Below, piece by piece: positions 12,561-23,720 of a stretch of DNA of 64,000 nt. The DNA comes from Malacoraja senta (taxonomy: Eukaryota). The notes beneath the pieces were generated by a model. The model had not been told where the DNA came from, searched no databases, and worked only from the letters and a program-made list of their open reading frames with translations. Numbering within the stretch: the stretch's first letter is position 1; each line of letters starts with the position of its first letter. Position numbers and translations under genes: made by a program. The stretch spans positions 310,001 through 374,000 of the forward strand of contig JAXLNO010003819.1 in assembly GCA_038087875.1 (NCBI GenBank), read 5' to 3'.

Positions 12561-13821
12561 TTCAGATTCAACTTTATTGTCATTGTGCAGTGTACAGTAC
12601 AGAGACAACGAAATGCAGTTAGCATCTCCCTAGAAGAGCGACATTAATATGAGCAGTAAATAAATAAATCTAATAAATCCTGGTGGGAGGAGTGTCCGGG
12701 GGGGGGGGTGTGATTGGCAGTCACCGAGGTACAGTGTTGAGTAGTGTAACCGCCGCAGGGAAGAAGCTGTTCCTGGACCTGCTGGTCCGGCAACGGAGAG
12801 ACCTGTAGCGCCTCCCGGATGGTAGGAGGGTAAACAGTCTGTGGTTGGGGTGAGAGCAGTCCTTGGCGATGCTGAGCGCCCTTCGCAGACAACGCTTGCT
12901 TTGGACAGACTCAATGGTGGGGAGTGAGGAACCGGTGATGCGTTGGGCAGTTTTCACCACCCTCTGCAGTGCTTTCCGGTCGGAGACAGAGCAGTTGCCA
13001 TACCATACTGTGATGCAGTTGGTAAGGATGCTCTCGATGGTGCAGCGGTAGAAGTTCACCAGAATCCGAGGAGACAGATGGACCTTCTTTAGTCTCCTCA
13101 GGAAGAAGAGACGCTGGTGAGCCTTCTTGACCAGAGTTGAGGTATTGTTGGTCCAAGAGAGGTCATCGGAGATGTTGACCCCCAGGAACCTGAAGCTGGA
13201 AACACGTTCCACCTCCCTCCCGTTAATGTGGATGGGGGTGTGCATGCCGCCCCTAGACTTCCTGAAGTCTACAATGAGCTCCTTGGTCTTCTTGGAGTTA
13301 AGGGCCAGGTTGTTGTCAGCGCACCATGCTGCTAGGAGCTGGACCTCCTCCCTATAGGCCGACTCATCGTTGTTGCTGATGAGGCCAATCACCGTTGTAT
13401 CATCTGCGTACTTGATGATGGTGTTAGTACCATGTACAGGTGTGCAGTCGTAGGTGAAGAGGGAGTAGAGGAGGGGGCTCAGCACACAGCCCTGTGGAAC
13501 GCCGGTGTTCAGGGTGAGGGTTGAAGAGGTGTGCTTGTCTAACCTAACAGACTGGGTTGGTTAGAAAGTCCAGTATCCAGTTGCAGAGGGAGGGGTCGAT
13601 GCCCAGGTCACCGAGTTTGGTGATCAGTTTAGAGGGTATGATGGTGTTGAATGCTGAGCTGTAATCGATGAACAGCATTCTTACGTAAGTGTCTCTGTTG
13701 TCGAGGTGGGAGAGGGCGGAGTGAAGTGCCGTTGAGATGGCATCCTCCGTACTCCTGTTCTTGCGGTAGGCAAACTGATAGGGATCCAACGTGGGGGGTA
13801 GGCAGCCTTTGAGGTGTGCCA
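12561..13821 (-). mobile_element. 5'-truncated Rex1/Babar-like non-LTR retrotransposon (RT C-terminal half, one frameshift near 13555)
   Basis: ORFs with [42 protein letters not shown]; absent at the paralogous sites near 4590, 27170 and 35140. Confidence 0.9.
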
Positions 13822-14127
13822 GGATCGTTATCTCATCTGCTAGCTGGTATGCAAAGCATAGTTTATCACTGTATCTCTGACCATTATACATCTAAACCCA
13901 ATCCATGTGTTTTCCAGACGCCAGACATGGCGATTCTGTTCACACAGATGCCGCCCTCAGCACAGAGCACAGAAAGGGAGTTGGCGGGTTTCAGCTGCGC
14001 CGATGATACCGCAAGCCGCCCTCGAGAGAAACTGAGTGAGTTGGGAAGAATTCTCAGGCGGCGGGAAACCACAACCACCAAGCGCGGTGCAGACGTATCT
14101 CGCTGCAGCAGGCAAAGCAGAAGCTGA

Positions 14128-14166
14128 TGTTTTTGTAGGAAGGGTCCACTTGTTTCCATCACTGTG
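14128..14166 (-). other. 23-RSS of V3
   Basis: CACAGTG (14166-14160), 23 bp, ACAAAAACA (14136-14128). Confidence 0.95.
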
Positions 14167-15096
14167 AGGCTCAGGGCGCAGTAATAAACTGCAGAGTCGC
14201 TCAGCTCCAGCCCCGATAGGGTTAAACGGACTAATTTACTATCGGTCTGGAGCTGGGCAGAGAAGCGAGCGCCTGCAAAATCGGCTTTCTCCTCGGAACC
14301 ACTATAATATGTATGCAGTATGAACTCGGGCCTTGAGTCCTGATGATGCCGGTACCAAAATAAGTAATAATACGTTTCTGCGGTATCATAGGTGCAGCTG
14401 AAAGTCATCGACTGTCCTTCTACCTTCTGTGCTGACGGCAGCGATTGTGTGACGGTATCTCCTTGATTGGGATCTGAAAAAAAGGATTAGATTTAGGTTT
14501 GTTATGCGTGCACCAAAAATACGCGGAAGATCTTTGTATTACATGCTACCCAAACAGATCAACTGATAATATACTTAAATACAATCAAACCGAACGCACG
14601 TTCAATAGATAGATCAAGGGAAAATAGCAAGTGCAGAATAAAGGTCATATTATTATAGCGAATTAGTTCCAGAGACAAAGGCCAATGTCGACACTGGGGT
14701 AGATATGCATCGCATAACTCCCTTGCATATCGAGGTGAATCGAGCATTGCCGCGTCTGAGAGGTAGTAAGGAACTGCAGATGCTGACTTAAACCGAAGTT
14801 AGACACGGAAAGCTGGAGTAACTCAGCGGGTCACCCTGCCTCTCTTGACAAAAGGAATAGGTGACCTGAAGAAGGGTATCGACCCGAAACATTACCTATT
14901 CCAATTCATTTTTTCCATGGCATGTGGATGTCGATTAAATAATACCCGGCTTTCCATTTACATATAGGGAAATATTAGACCGGTTCGCATTCACAATGAT
15001 GGTCGATGACCCGTCGGAGTAAGTAGCATGATTAACTGCTGCGCCTTTACCTATCAGGCATGCTCCCCACACAATCCAAATGGCAAATATGCACAT
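14167..15096 (-). CDS. TCR alpha/delta V segment V3 (family I), apparently functional: leader 15096-15051, V exon 14473-14167
   Basis: Leader MCIFAIWIVWGACLIG with GT donor; 307-nt open V exon ending DSAVYYCALSL; RSS follows. Confidence 0.93.
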
Positions 15097-15368
15097 TTTC
15101 CCTGTGAAAACCCCTTTGTGAAATTCCCTTCCACGACCTGGTGCTGTGCGGCTTTCGAATGTTCTCGCCTCTACTGTTGGTGCTGGTGGCGCTGTGGTAA
15201 CGATGGGCGGGAACTGACAGACTTCCGCCTACCCCAGCTTACTTCCGAATTGGGACTCCGTCAACGTTTTTTCAGGTTAGGCATGTAGTGAGTGGGTGGC
15301 GAAGGAAACGTCGTCATTGCTGTAACAGGGGAAACTCGGCTCCGCCGCGTGAGGAACACTAAGGTATC

Positions 15369-15511
15369 ATATAACATATAACATATAACAATTACAGCAC
15401 GGAAACAGGCCATCTCGATCCTCCTAGTCCGTGCCGTACACGTATTCTCCCCTAGTCCCATATACCTGCGCTCAGACCATAACCCATATAATAACATATT
15501 ATATGGGTTAT
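15369..15511 (-). mobile_element. Short retroposon 3' fragment with GGTATC target-site duplication and terminal hairpin
   Basis: TSD 15363-15368 and 15512-15517; empty site at ~36685; (ATATAAC)n tail; 17-bp inverted repeat 15476-15514. Confidence 0.75.
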
Positions 15512-17419
15512 GGTATCGTAATGTAAAGGAACTGTGAGCACCGTGTCAATGATGGATTTATATGTTACGTTGATTGCCTTTTCCGTTTAAATGTATCTCT
15601 TAGAATTTAAGAGGTCCCAGATCCCATTCCCAGATCGAACCGCAAGGAATGGATTCGATGCGAGAGAGATGCGAGTTAGGATGCGAGGCTTCCTTTAGTG
15701 TATTGCGTTCCGTTTTGCGCAGTCATATGAAAGATGTTGTCAAGCAGGAAAGGGTGCAGAGAAGATTTGAGATTATGTTGCCAGCCCCCAAGGGAGTGAG
15801 TTTTGTTTCGTGGCGTAGTTTAGAGATACTGCGCGAAAACTGGCCCTTCGGCCCACGAGTCCGCACCTACCAGTGATCCCCGCACATCAACAATACCCTA
15901 CACACACGTGGGACAATTTTTCATTTATAACAATCCAATTAACCTACAAACATGTACGTCTTTGGAGTGTGGGCGGAAACATAAGATCTCGGAGAAAACG
16001 CACGCAAGTCACGGGGAGAGCGTACAAACTGTGTACATACAAGCACCGGGAGCCCGGATACCCAGGCCTCTGGCGCAGTAAGGAAGTAGCTATACCGCTA
16101 TGCCACCGTGCCGCCATGCCACTGAGCTACATGGTGAGGATGAGTTGGCTAGGACTTTATTCCTTGATGCGCAGGGGGAGGAAGGGTGATCTTACAGAGG
16201 TATACAAAATCACGAGTGGAAAAGATCGGGAACCGCACATGCCCCATATAGGGGAATAGCGAACCAGAGGATACAGGGTTAAGGTGTGTGTGTGTGGTGG
16301 GGATTTAATAGGAACCAGAGGGGTAACTTTTTTACACAAATGGTGGTGGTTATTTGGATCGAACAGCCGATGTAGGTAGTGCAACGCTTTAAACAGGTAC
16401 ACGGAAAGGATCACTGGGGGGCTGGTAACATGGAGGAATATGGGCCAAGCACAGGCTGGTGGGATTAGTGTAGATGGGACATATTGGTCGGTGGTTGTGT
16501 GTGTGTGAATGTGTGTGTCTGTGTGTGTGAGAGAGAAACGGGGAGTGGTAGCCACTGTTCGCTGCCCTTGGCACCATGCACACGCTGCTCATCATTTTTT
16601 GGTTGCAGAGGTAATTGATTTGAGAGGTGTTGTTGGATTGGGAACTATATGTCGTACATCATCTGCTGTGCAGTCGATTTGCCGAGTCATGGCAGTATAC
16701 AGCATGGAAATAGCCCATCCGCTCAATCCGCCCACATCGAAGAAAATGCCCCATCTATGCTAGTCCAATCTGCCTGCGTTTGGCCCATATTCCTCTAAAC
16801 CTTTCCACTTCATGTACCTAATCGAAATGTCTTTTAAATGTTGAGATAGTGACTGGCCCAACAACCTCCACTGGCAGCTCGTTCCATACACCCTCCACCC
16901 ATTGAATGAAAAAAGCTTTTCCTCAAGTTTCTATTAATTGTCTCTCCGTCTCACCTTAAACGGTTGTCCTCAGGCCCTTGATTCGAAAGACCCAACTCTG
17001 TGTAAAATACTCTGTGAATTCACGCTGTTTATTCCCCTCGTGATCGCTTGCACCTCTACAGAATCATTTACGTAGTCTATTCCTGGAATGTAGTGTAAAT
17101 GTTAGCAGTGATGACGGATTGCGTTGTAAAATTTGGAGTAGATCTGAGAAGAGCAGTTGGTTGGGCGATAGATGCAACACGGCGATGTAGGCGCTGCCCA
17201 ATAACCAGTTGCGATTGAACCAACTTTGCTGGCCGCATTTGTGCTTCAGGAGACAGGTAGTTGGCAGTGACGACCGTGATACAACGGGCAACAGGTAACT
17301 TAGTAATTGTACCGCATTGATTTTCTCACGTAATTCACGGGTAACTTAACAGGAAATTCATGATGGACAGTAAGCAGACAGTATCAAAGGGGAGATAAGC
17401 AGATTTATCTCTTCTGTTA

Positions 17420-17908
17420 ATAGACAGTAGACAATAGACAATAGGTGCAGGAGTAGGCCATTCCAGGCAGCACCGCCATTCAATGTTATCATGGCTTATC
17501 ATCCACAATCAGTACCCCGTTCCTGTCTTCTCCCCATATCCCCTGACTCCGCTGTCTTTAAGAGCCCTATCTAGCTATCTCTTGAAAGTATCCAGAAAAC
17601 CAGCCTCCACCGCCTTCCGAGGGAGAGAATTCCACAGACTCTCAACTCTCTGTGAGAAAAAGTGTTTCCTCGTCTCCGTTCTAAATGGCTTACCCCTTAC
17701 TCTTAAACCGTCGCCCATGGTTCTGGACTCCCCCAACATCGGGAACATGTTTCCAGCCTCTAACGTGTCCAAACCCTTAACAATCTCATATGTTTCAATA
17801 AGATCTCCTCTCATCCTTCTAAACTCCAGAGTGTACAAGCCCAGTCGCTCTATTCTCTCGGCATATGACAGTCCCGCCACCCCGGGAATTAACCTTGTAA
17901 ACCTACGC
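17420..17908 (-). mobile_element. CR1-clade LINE 3' fragment (paralog at ~38600-39095)
   Basis: AGLSYAERIERLGLYTLEFRRMRGDLIETY..WNSLP peptide; AGACAAT-type short-repeat tail. Confidence 0.88.
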
Positions 17909-18699
17909 TGTAGTTCGATATCCTTGTATAAAAATTCGCATATACTGAACCACCGACAGTAAAACGTATAGCACCGGATTGCTCAGCAGGTCGCGTAGCA
18001 TCCGGGAAGGGAATGGATAGGGCGACGTTTCGAGTCGGAACCCTTCGTTGGTCTGATTCTGGGCTATTGATCCTAAACATCGCCTATCTATTTTCCTGTA
18101 CAGATGAAGCCTGGGATACTGAGATTCTCCGCTACTTTCAATGCTGCTCAACATTTCAACCTCCGTCAGTTTCACCGCCGAAAGAAGGTCAACTCTGGAG
18201 AGAACTCGTGTAGGCAGCAGGAAAGTATGGAAAAGGGCGGTATACAGGAGTGATGCTATGAACAACGGTTTATTGTGCCAAGTACAACAATATAGCAACG
18301 GGACAAGCAGAGACAAATATAGACCGTGACGCTATGAGGATAAACGGGGAAAAGGTGCATTGGACACGTGTGATTGCAGCATTACGTGCAGAGGTGAGGG
18401 TGCACGGCATTCACTCGGGGGACATGCAGTCCTTCGCAGAGGTTTGGAAGTAACTCATTGGAACTGTGGCGAATTTGGAGGATTCCAAGGGACGGTATAT
18501 CCCCATTGTCCCCTTTCAAGGAGTAAAGCCGCGCTGGTCCATAAGGGGCATTTATATGTCCAGCGTTCTTTCACTCTACCCCCCAGTCCCTAAGTGTACA
18601 CACGAAGATATGTACAGTCTTTTCTTTGACTGCTTAGAACGCAAAAAATCCGCTTTATTTTACTATTTCTCATTATACGTGACATTAATAAACTGATCT

Positions 18700-18870
18700 A
18701 AGCCAAACTAAACTAAACTAAACGAAACTAAACTAAAATAAACCAAACTAAACTAAACTAAACTAAACTAAACTTAACTTAACTTGACTTAACTGAACTG
18801 AATTGAACTCAATTAAACGAAATGAAACTAAACTAAACTGAATTGAACTAAGCTAAACTAAACTGAACTT
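18700..18870. repeat. (ACTAA)n-type pentamer repeat (paralogs ~7320-7410, ~29900-29955, ~40165-40325)
   Basis: Directly visible. Confidence 0.9.
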
Positions 18871-19166
18871 AATGAAACTCACAGACATGATTTAGGAGCC
18901 GTTCAATGCACAATGACTTTCAGGTATATACTGTACGTGTCTTTACGTTTGCTCATCATATAACACCGAGCTCCTTGGGTAACACTATTTTGATTTTATT
19001 GCTTCAGATTTTCCCTTATAAGTGCAGTGACTCCAGCGCAGCTGTTCCGTCACCAGATAGAAGCCACCTCGGTCACCGCTATTGGAGAGCCAACGGAGAC
19101 ACGTCGCAACAACGAGGGAACGCTCTGTTTGCAGACGACACATCAACAACTCAGCTGATAGACACC

Positions 19167-19632
19167 ATGTGGTTCCTCATTATCTGGATGGCGTGGGGAA
19201 CATTTTTGATAAGTAATAGTGACACACATGCATTTCTTTTCCCTTTTACTTGTGAAACAGGGTATGAATCTCAGACTTTAAATCTCGCAGGTCCGATCAT
19301 TTTTTCCCGTTTGGGTCTATTTTTACAGATCACGGCCGTGCAGATTCCGTCACTCAGTCGCCGCCATTAGCAGTGAAGACAGAAGGAGAAGCAGTGACGT
19401 TGGAATGCACATACAAAACCCCGGGTGCCTACAGGATAGACTGGTATCGACAGATGCCCGGCTCAGAGCCCGAGTACATTTTACGGAAAGACAGCGATGG
19501 CTATGAACGGAAAGCGGAGTTTGCTAAAAGTCGTTTCTCTGTCGAACTCCGCACCGGGAGTAAATTCATCAGTTTGACCATCTCAGATCTGGAGCTGAGC
19601 GACTCTGCAGTTTATTACTGCACGTTGAGCCG
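19167..19632 (+). CDS. TCR alpha/delta V segment V4 (family II), apparently functional: leader 19167-19212, V exon 19329-19632
   Basis: 46-nt leader with GT donor; TTTTACAG acceptor; open frame DSVTQSPP..LECTYK..WYRQMPG..DSAVYYCTLSR. Confidence 0.93.
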
Positions 19633-19670
19633 CACAGTGATGGGAATCAGTATACACCCGTACAGAAACA
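19633..19670 (+). other. RSS of V4 (22-bp spacer)
   Basis: CACAGTG 19633-19639, 22 bp, ACAGAAACA 19662-19670. Confidence 0.88.
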
Positions 19671-21044
19671 CCAGGCGCCTCGTGGCTCTGGTTGGAATCC
19701 AATGCAAGCCTCATACGGGTTCCTGATCGCGGTTTCCTGTCATTCTGAGAATTGTTTCCAACGTCGTTTTTGGTACGATTTGCCCAGGTGCGCCGGTGGC
19801 TTGCTTCCTATTCGCTGAGATCTGTCAACCCTGTGTCTCTTCCTTCCGTTAGTGGTCCCTGTTCTTTTCTATTCTTTGCTCCGTCTCTCTCTCTCCGTAC
19901 CACAGCTTCGAAATGAAAGTATGGCAGCTTCCCAGCTTCTCATAAAACGCGGTATTAGGAATGTTCCTTGTTTTATTCGGATTCCGAATTTCTTTATCCA
20001 AAGTCTCCCATGAGTTGTGATCATTTCCCGCCGATTATAATGATCACAATGCCATTAATAATCTATTTTAGCCCAGGCTGCTAAAGAGGGTTAGTCCACT
20101 GCTCCGACAGCACCAGAGACACGGATGAGAACCTGACCTCGCCGTTGTCGGTGTGAAGTTTGCACGTTCTCTTGTTCGTCCAATAGATCGTAATTTATCG
20201 GGTAGGCGCAGAATATCTTACTCAGAATAGGGGAAGCAAGAACCCGAGGACATGGGTATTAGGTGGAGGGGGGGGGAGGGGAGTGCGGGGTGTGTGTGCG
20301 TGTTTGTGTGTGTGGGCGGGGTTGTTAATGGCAACCCGAGAGGTAACTTTTTCCACACATACTGGGCGGTGTATGGAACGAGCTGCCGGAGGAGGCAGTT
20401 AAGGCAGGGACAATCGCAACGTTGAAGAAACATTTAGACAAGGACATGGATTGGACAGGTTTAGAGGGATATGGGCAACACGCAGGCAGGCGGGTGTACT
20501 AAATGCTGGAGTAACTCAGCGGGACAGGCAGCATTTCTGGAGAGAAGTAATGATTGACGTTTCGGGTCGAGACCCTTCTTCAGACGTCTTCAGATGGGGC
20601 ATGTTGGTCGTCGTGGGCAAGTTCGGCCGAAGGACCTGTTTCCATGGTGTATGACTTTATGACTCTATAATTAATTTATTCTTCAATCCCCGACACCATC
20701 AATTGTTTGGTGTTAAGATGCAACATGGAAACAGGCCCTTAATTCAACGTCGACAATCTCCCACCCGTCCACACTAGTTCTTACTTTCGCATCTGCTCCC
20801 TACGCATGAAGGCAAATTGATCTACAATCTCGCAAGACATTCGAGATATGCTGGGAATCAGGAGGAAAGATAAGCGGTCGCATGGATAACCTGCAGACAC
20901 CACACAGTCAGCACCTCAGGTGAAAACTCCCCAGAAATCTTCACCACTGTGCCATAGTAGAGGGGTGAGAGGTATTTGAGGGATGGGGCATCAACGGTTA
21001 TAATACAATTTAGTTCATTCGACAAATAAATTTAATTCAGTTTT

Positions 21045-21332
21045 GTTTAGAGATACAAAGGAGAAACAGGTCCCTCGGCCCACCGAGACCGCACCGACCA
21101 GCGACCCCCACACATTAACATTATTCAACACACACTAGGGACAATTTACACTTACACCAAGGCAATTAACCTACATACGTGTACGCCACGGATCTCGGAG
21201 AAAACCCACGAGGTCACGGCGAGAACCTACAAACTCCGTACGGACAGCACCCGTATTCGGGATCGATCTCGTGACTCCGGCGCTGCAAGTGCTGTAAGGC
21301 AGCAACTCTACCGCTGTGCCACCGTGGCCGCT
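21045..21332 (-). mobile_element. tRNA-derived V-SINE (paralogs ~9590-9865, ~32165-32450, ~42465-42765; related copies ~6420-6725, ~15800-16120, ~57325-57635)
   Basis: Minus-strand GCCACGGTGGCACAGCGGTAGAG head, GAGTTTGTAGGTTCTC..CGTGGGTTTTCTCC core, (ACTAA)-type tail. Confidence 0.72.
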
Positions 21333-22799
21333 CGGAATTTAATTTGGTTGGGTTGGAATGGTGGGCAGGATGAATAATTCACGCGAATACTTTGCGGTTT
21401 GGGAGCACACCGTGAATGTTGGTATATGAACACAGCGCATTTTCGCTGAGAATAATAAAGATAGGCACAAAGTCCAAAAATATTTGCATACGGTAAAAAT
21501 ACCTTCAAAATAACAAAATAGCCTTCTCCTCCTCGAATGAATAGTGATCTGGTAAATGTTTGATGAAGCGAGGAGTGGATCTCATAATTGAAACTGGAGA
21601 TGAACAGCCAAAAAAACAATTTGCAGCAATATGAAGTGTGACATACTGTTGTTCAAGTACAGGAGCGTTTTTGGCGTTCAAATCTTCATCTCAATCTCTG
21701 ATTCCATGCCTTTATCTTAACGTCTCCTCTGTGCCATTTTACAAAGCCATTGCCCACATATCGCCCCTACTAGTGCCTTTGCCGTTATCTCCTTTCAGCC
21801 CCTGACAACGCTCGATTGTTTTAATATTGTTATCAGTGGCATTAGTTTTATTATGTTGTAAGATAATTCATTGAATTAATTGAGAAATTCTTGTCGCTGT
21901 TATTTTGAAGAGCGCGCGCCGGTGTGGAAATCTTTGGCGACTTGATGCCCAACTTTATAATTCTCTTACAAAATTCTTGTTACCGATATTCACCCGACGT
22001 TGTTCACCCCAAGCTCCGCCTCAACGATTACTGTATTCAGATAAAATATACCGTGGCAGTAGCAGTGCCCCAAAGTTCGACTCTGTAGATATGTGATTAG
22101 TCGGAGTATTTGGCAAATACGCTTGCAGTGTAGTTACCCGATTGACCAACTAACCGGGATACACACTTGTGTACACTGCAATTGACGATCCATTCCCTCT
22201 ATTACAATAAAATACCAGGTTATTCTGCCGATCACTTATTTTCGCAGCTGAGTTCAGGCAGATCAATAACATTCGAACATTTTAAGACACGCCTACAATT
22301 TTCAGAAAGATATCCAATTCAACGAAGAGATTTTTATGTAGCAACGTTTCTTTATTTGAAATAAAGATAATTTTCATCTTGCTTTTTTCGCTTCCTTATG
22401 CAGGAATTAGGTTCGTGCTAAGCGTTTATTCCGTATATGTTACCCTTTCTACCAGAACAGCCTTCCAGTCCATTCTTGAAAGCAATCAGAAATTGATCCA
22501 ATTCCGTGTAAATCAGGCCAAAGTATATTTATTCCAGGGAAGAGAACACGGTTGGCAATTTCGCAATGCGTTGTTCATTTTCTGGTTTCCTTATGATGCA
22601 GCAGCTATTACATTTGCCTTGCGCAAATGAAAACATTGTATTGCATTAGAGGCAAGTCACAAATGACTAGAGGTGCTGGAATGTGCAGGGTAAATAAAAT
22701 TATGTGTTGGAGGAACTTAGCGGCGCCTGCCAGACATTGTACAAAAAAATGAAATGCGTGAGACGAGATGTAGTACACGAACGGTGAATCCCCACCTGC

Positions 22800-23717
22800 G
22801 GATTAGTGGATGGACTCTGGTGAATGGGAGACGGATGTAGATAATGGCAGGGGTTGGTACGATGCCTGTTTCTTCGTTGTCCATATGGAGCATCCTTTGT
22901 TCCAAACACATTCTCGCAAATTTCCCCATTCGGCCTCCCCTGCGCGGACTACGGCTTGTGGGCTGCCTCTTGGAACCATGCAGTACAGGCTAATATTATT
23001 AACTTCGCCACTAACGTCCGCCCTGGCCTCCAAGTGACTGGAACCACGTTGCCCCTCCTATTTCCTAATCGTTTTGTCTCTCACTCACCCTGTGGTTACA
23101 CCGAAACAACAGATGAGGAGTGATGTAATCTGCAGCAAAAACATAAAACCATTTGCTGGAAATGTGTTCACTTGAACCCTGTTGGGACCAGTATCCTGGC
23201 ATACGGCAGAAAGAGGGTGGCAGATAGGGCTTCCTGCTGCAAGTAGGAAGTGTCAATATGAGTTTTTGCAAACACATAGAGGAGGCACGCAGGATCACGT
23301 GATGTGTTGAAGGTTACACAGACTCACTTCGTCATCGTTTCCGCTCATCGAGCCCTTTTCTTTTGACGACCACGGATGGATTCGGGGGCCGGTGTTGATG
23401 CATGGTTGACACCAACTCAGAAATAGGAGCCGCGCCATGCTTCCGCGGTGCTATCAATGAGCAAGTGTGGTATCGCTCTCCTCTTATCCGCGTCTGCGAT
23501 GACGTTGCAATAAAGGACTCGATGTACTGCGCTCAGCTGCAGTGAGCAACATTGTATTCCCCAATCGAGCCTAATATCGCCAATGAAGGGAGCACACAGA
23601 TGAAGAAGATTATGTTTATCCTCGTCGCCAATAAGCGATACATTTTCAATCTCGGTATCGTTCATAATGGCACTAAAGTTTCTGTTTGTATGCCAGTTTT
23701 TTTATCTTCCCTCCTGC
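22800..23717 (-). pseudogene. Paralogous putative GPCR pseudogene (unit 3)
   Basis: Near-identical to the unit 1 copy. Confidence 0.42.
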
Positions 23718-23720
23718 TAA

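Noticed and set aside
18080-18213. QPPSVSPPKEG resembling V framework 1 after an AG
   Set aside because: No Cys, WYRQ or RSS follows, and the upstream part matches a common repeat tail
21482-21489. Octamer ATTTGCAT
   Set aside because: Not in a V promoter position and not conserved in paralogous units
21905-22096. PQAPPQRLLY resembling V framework 2
   Set aside because: No surrounding V motifs or RSS; not kept open in the paralogous units
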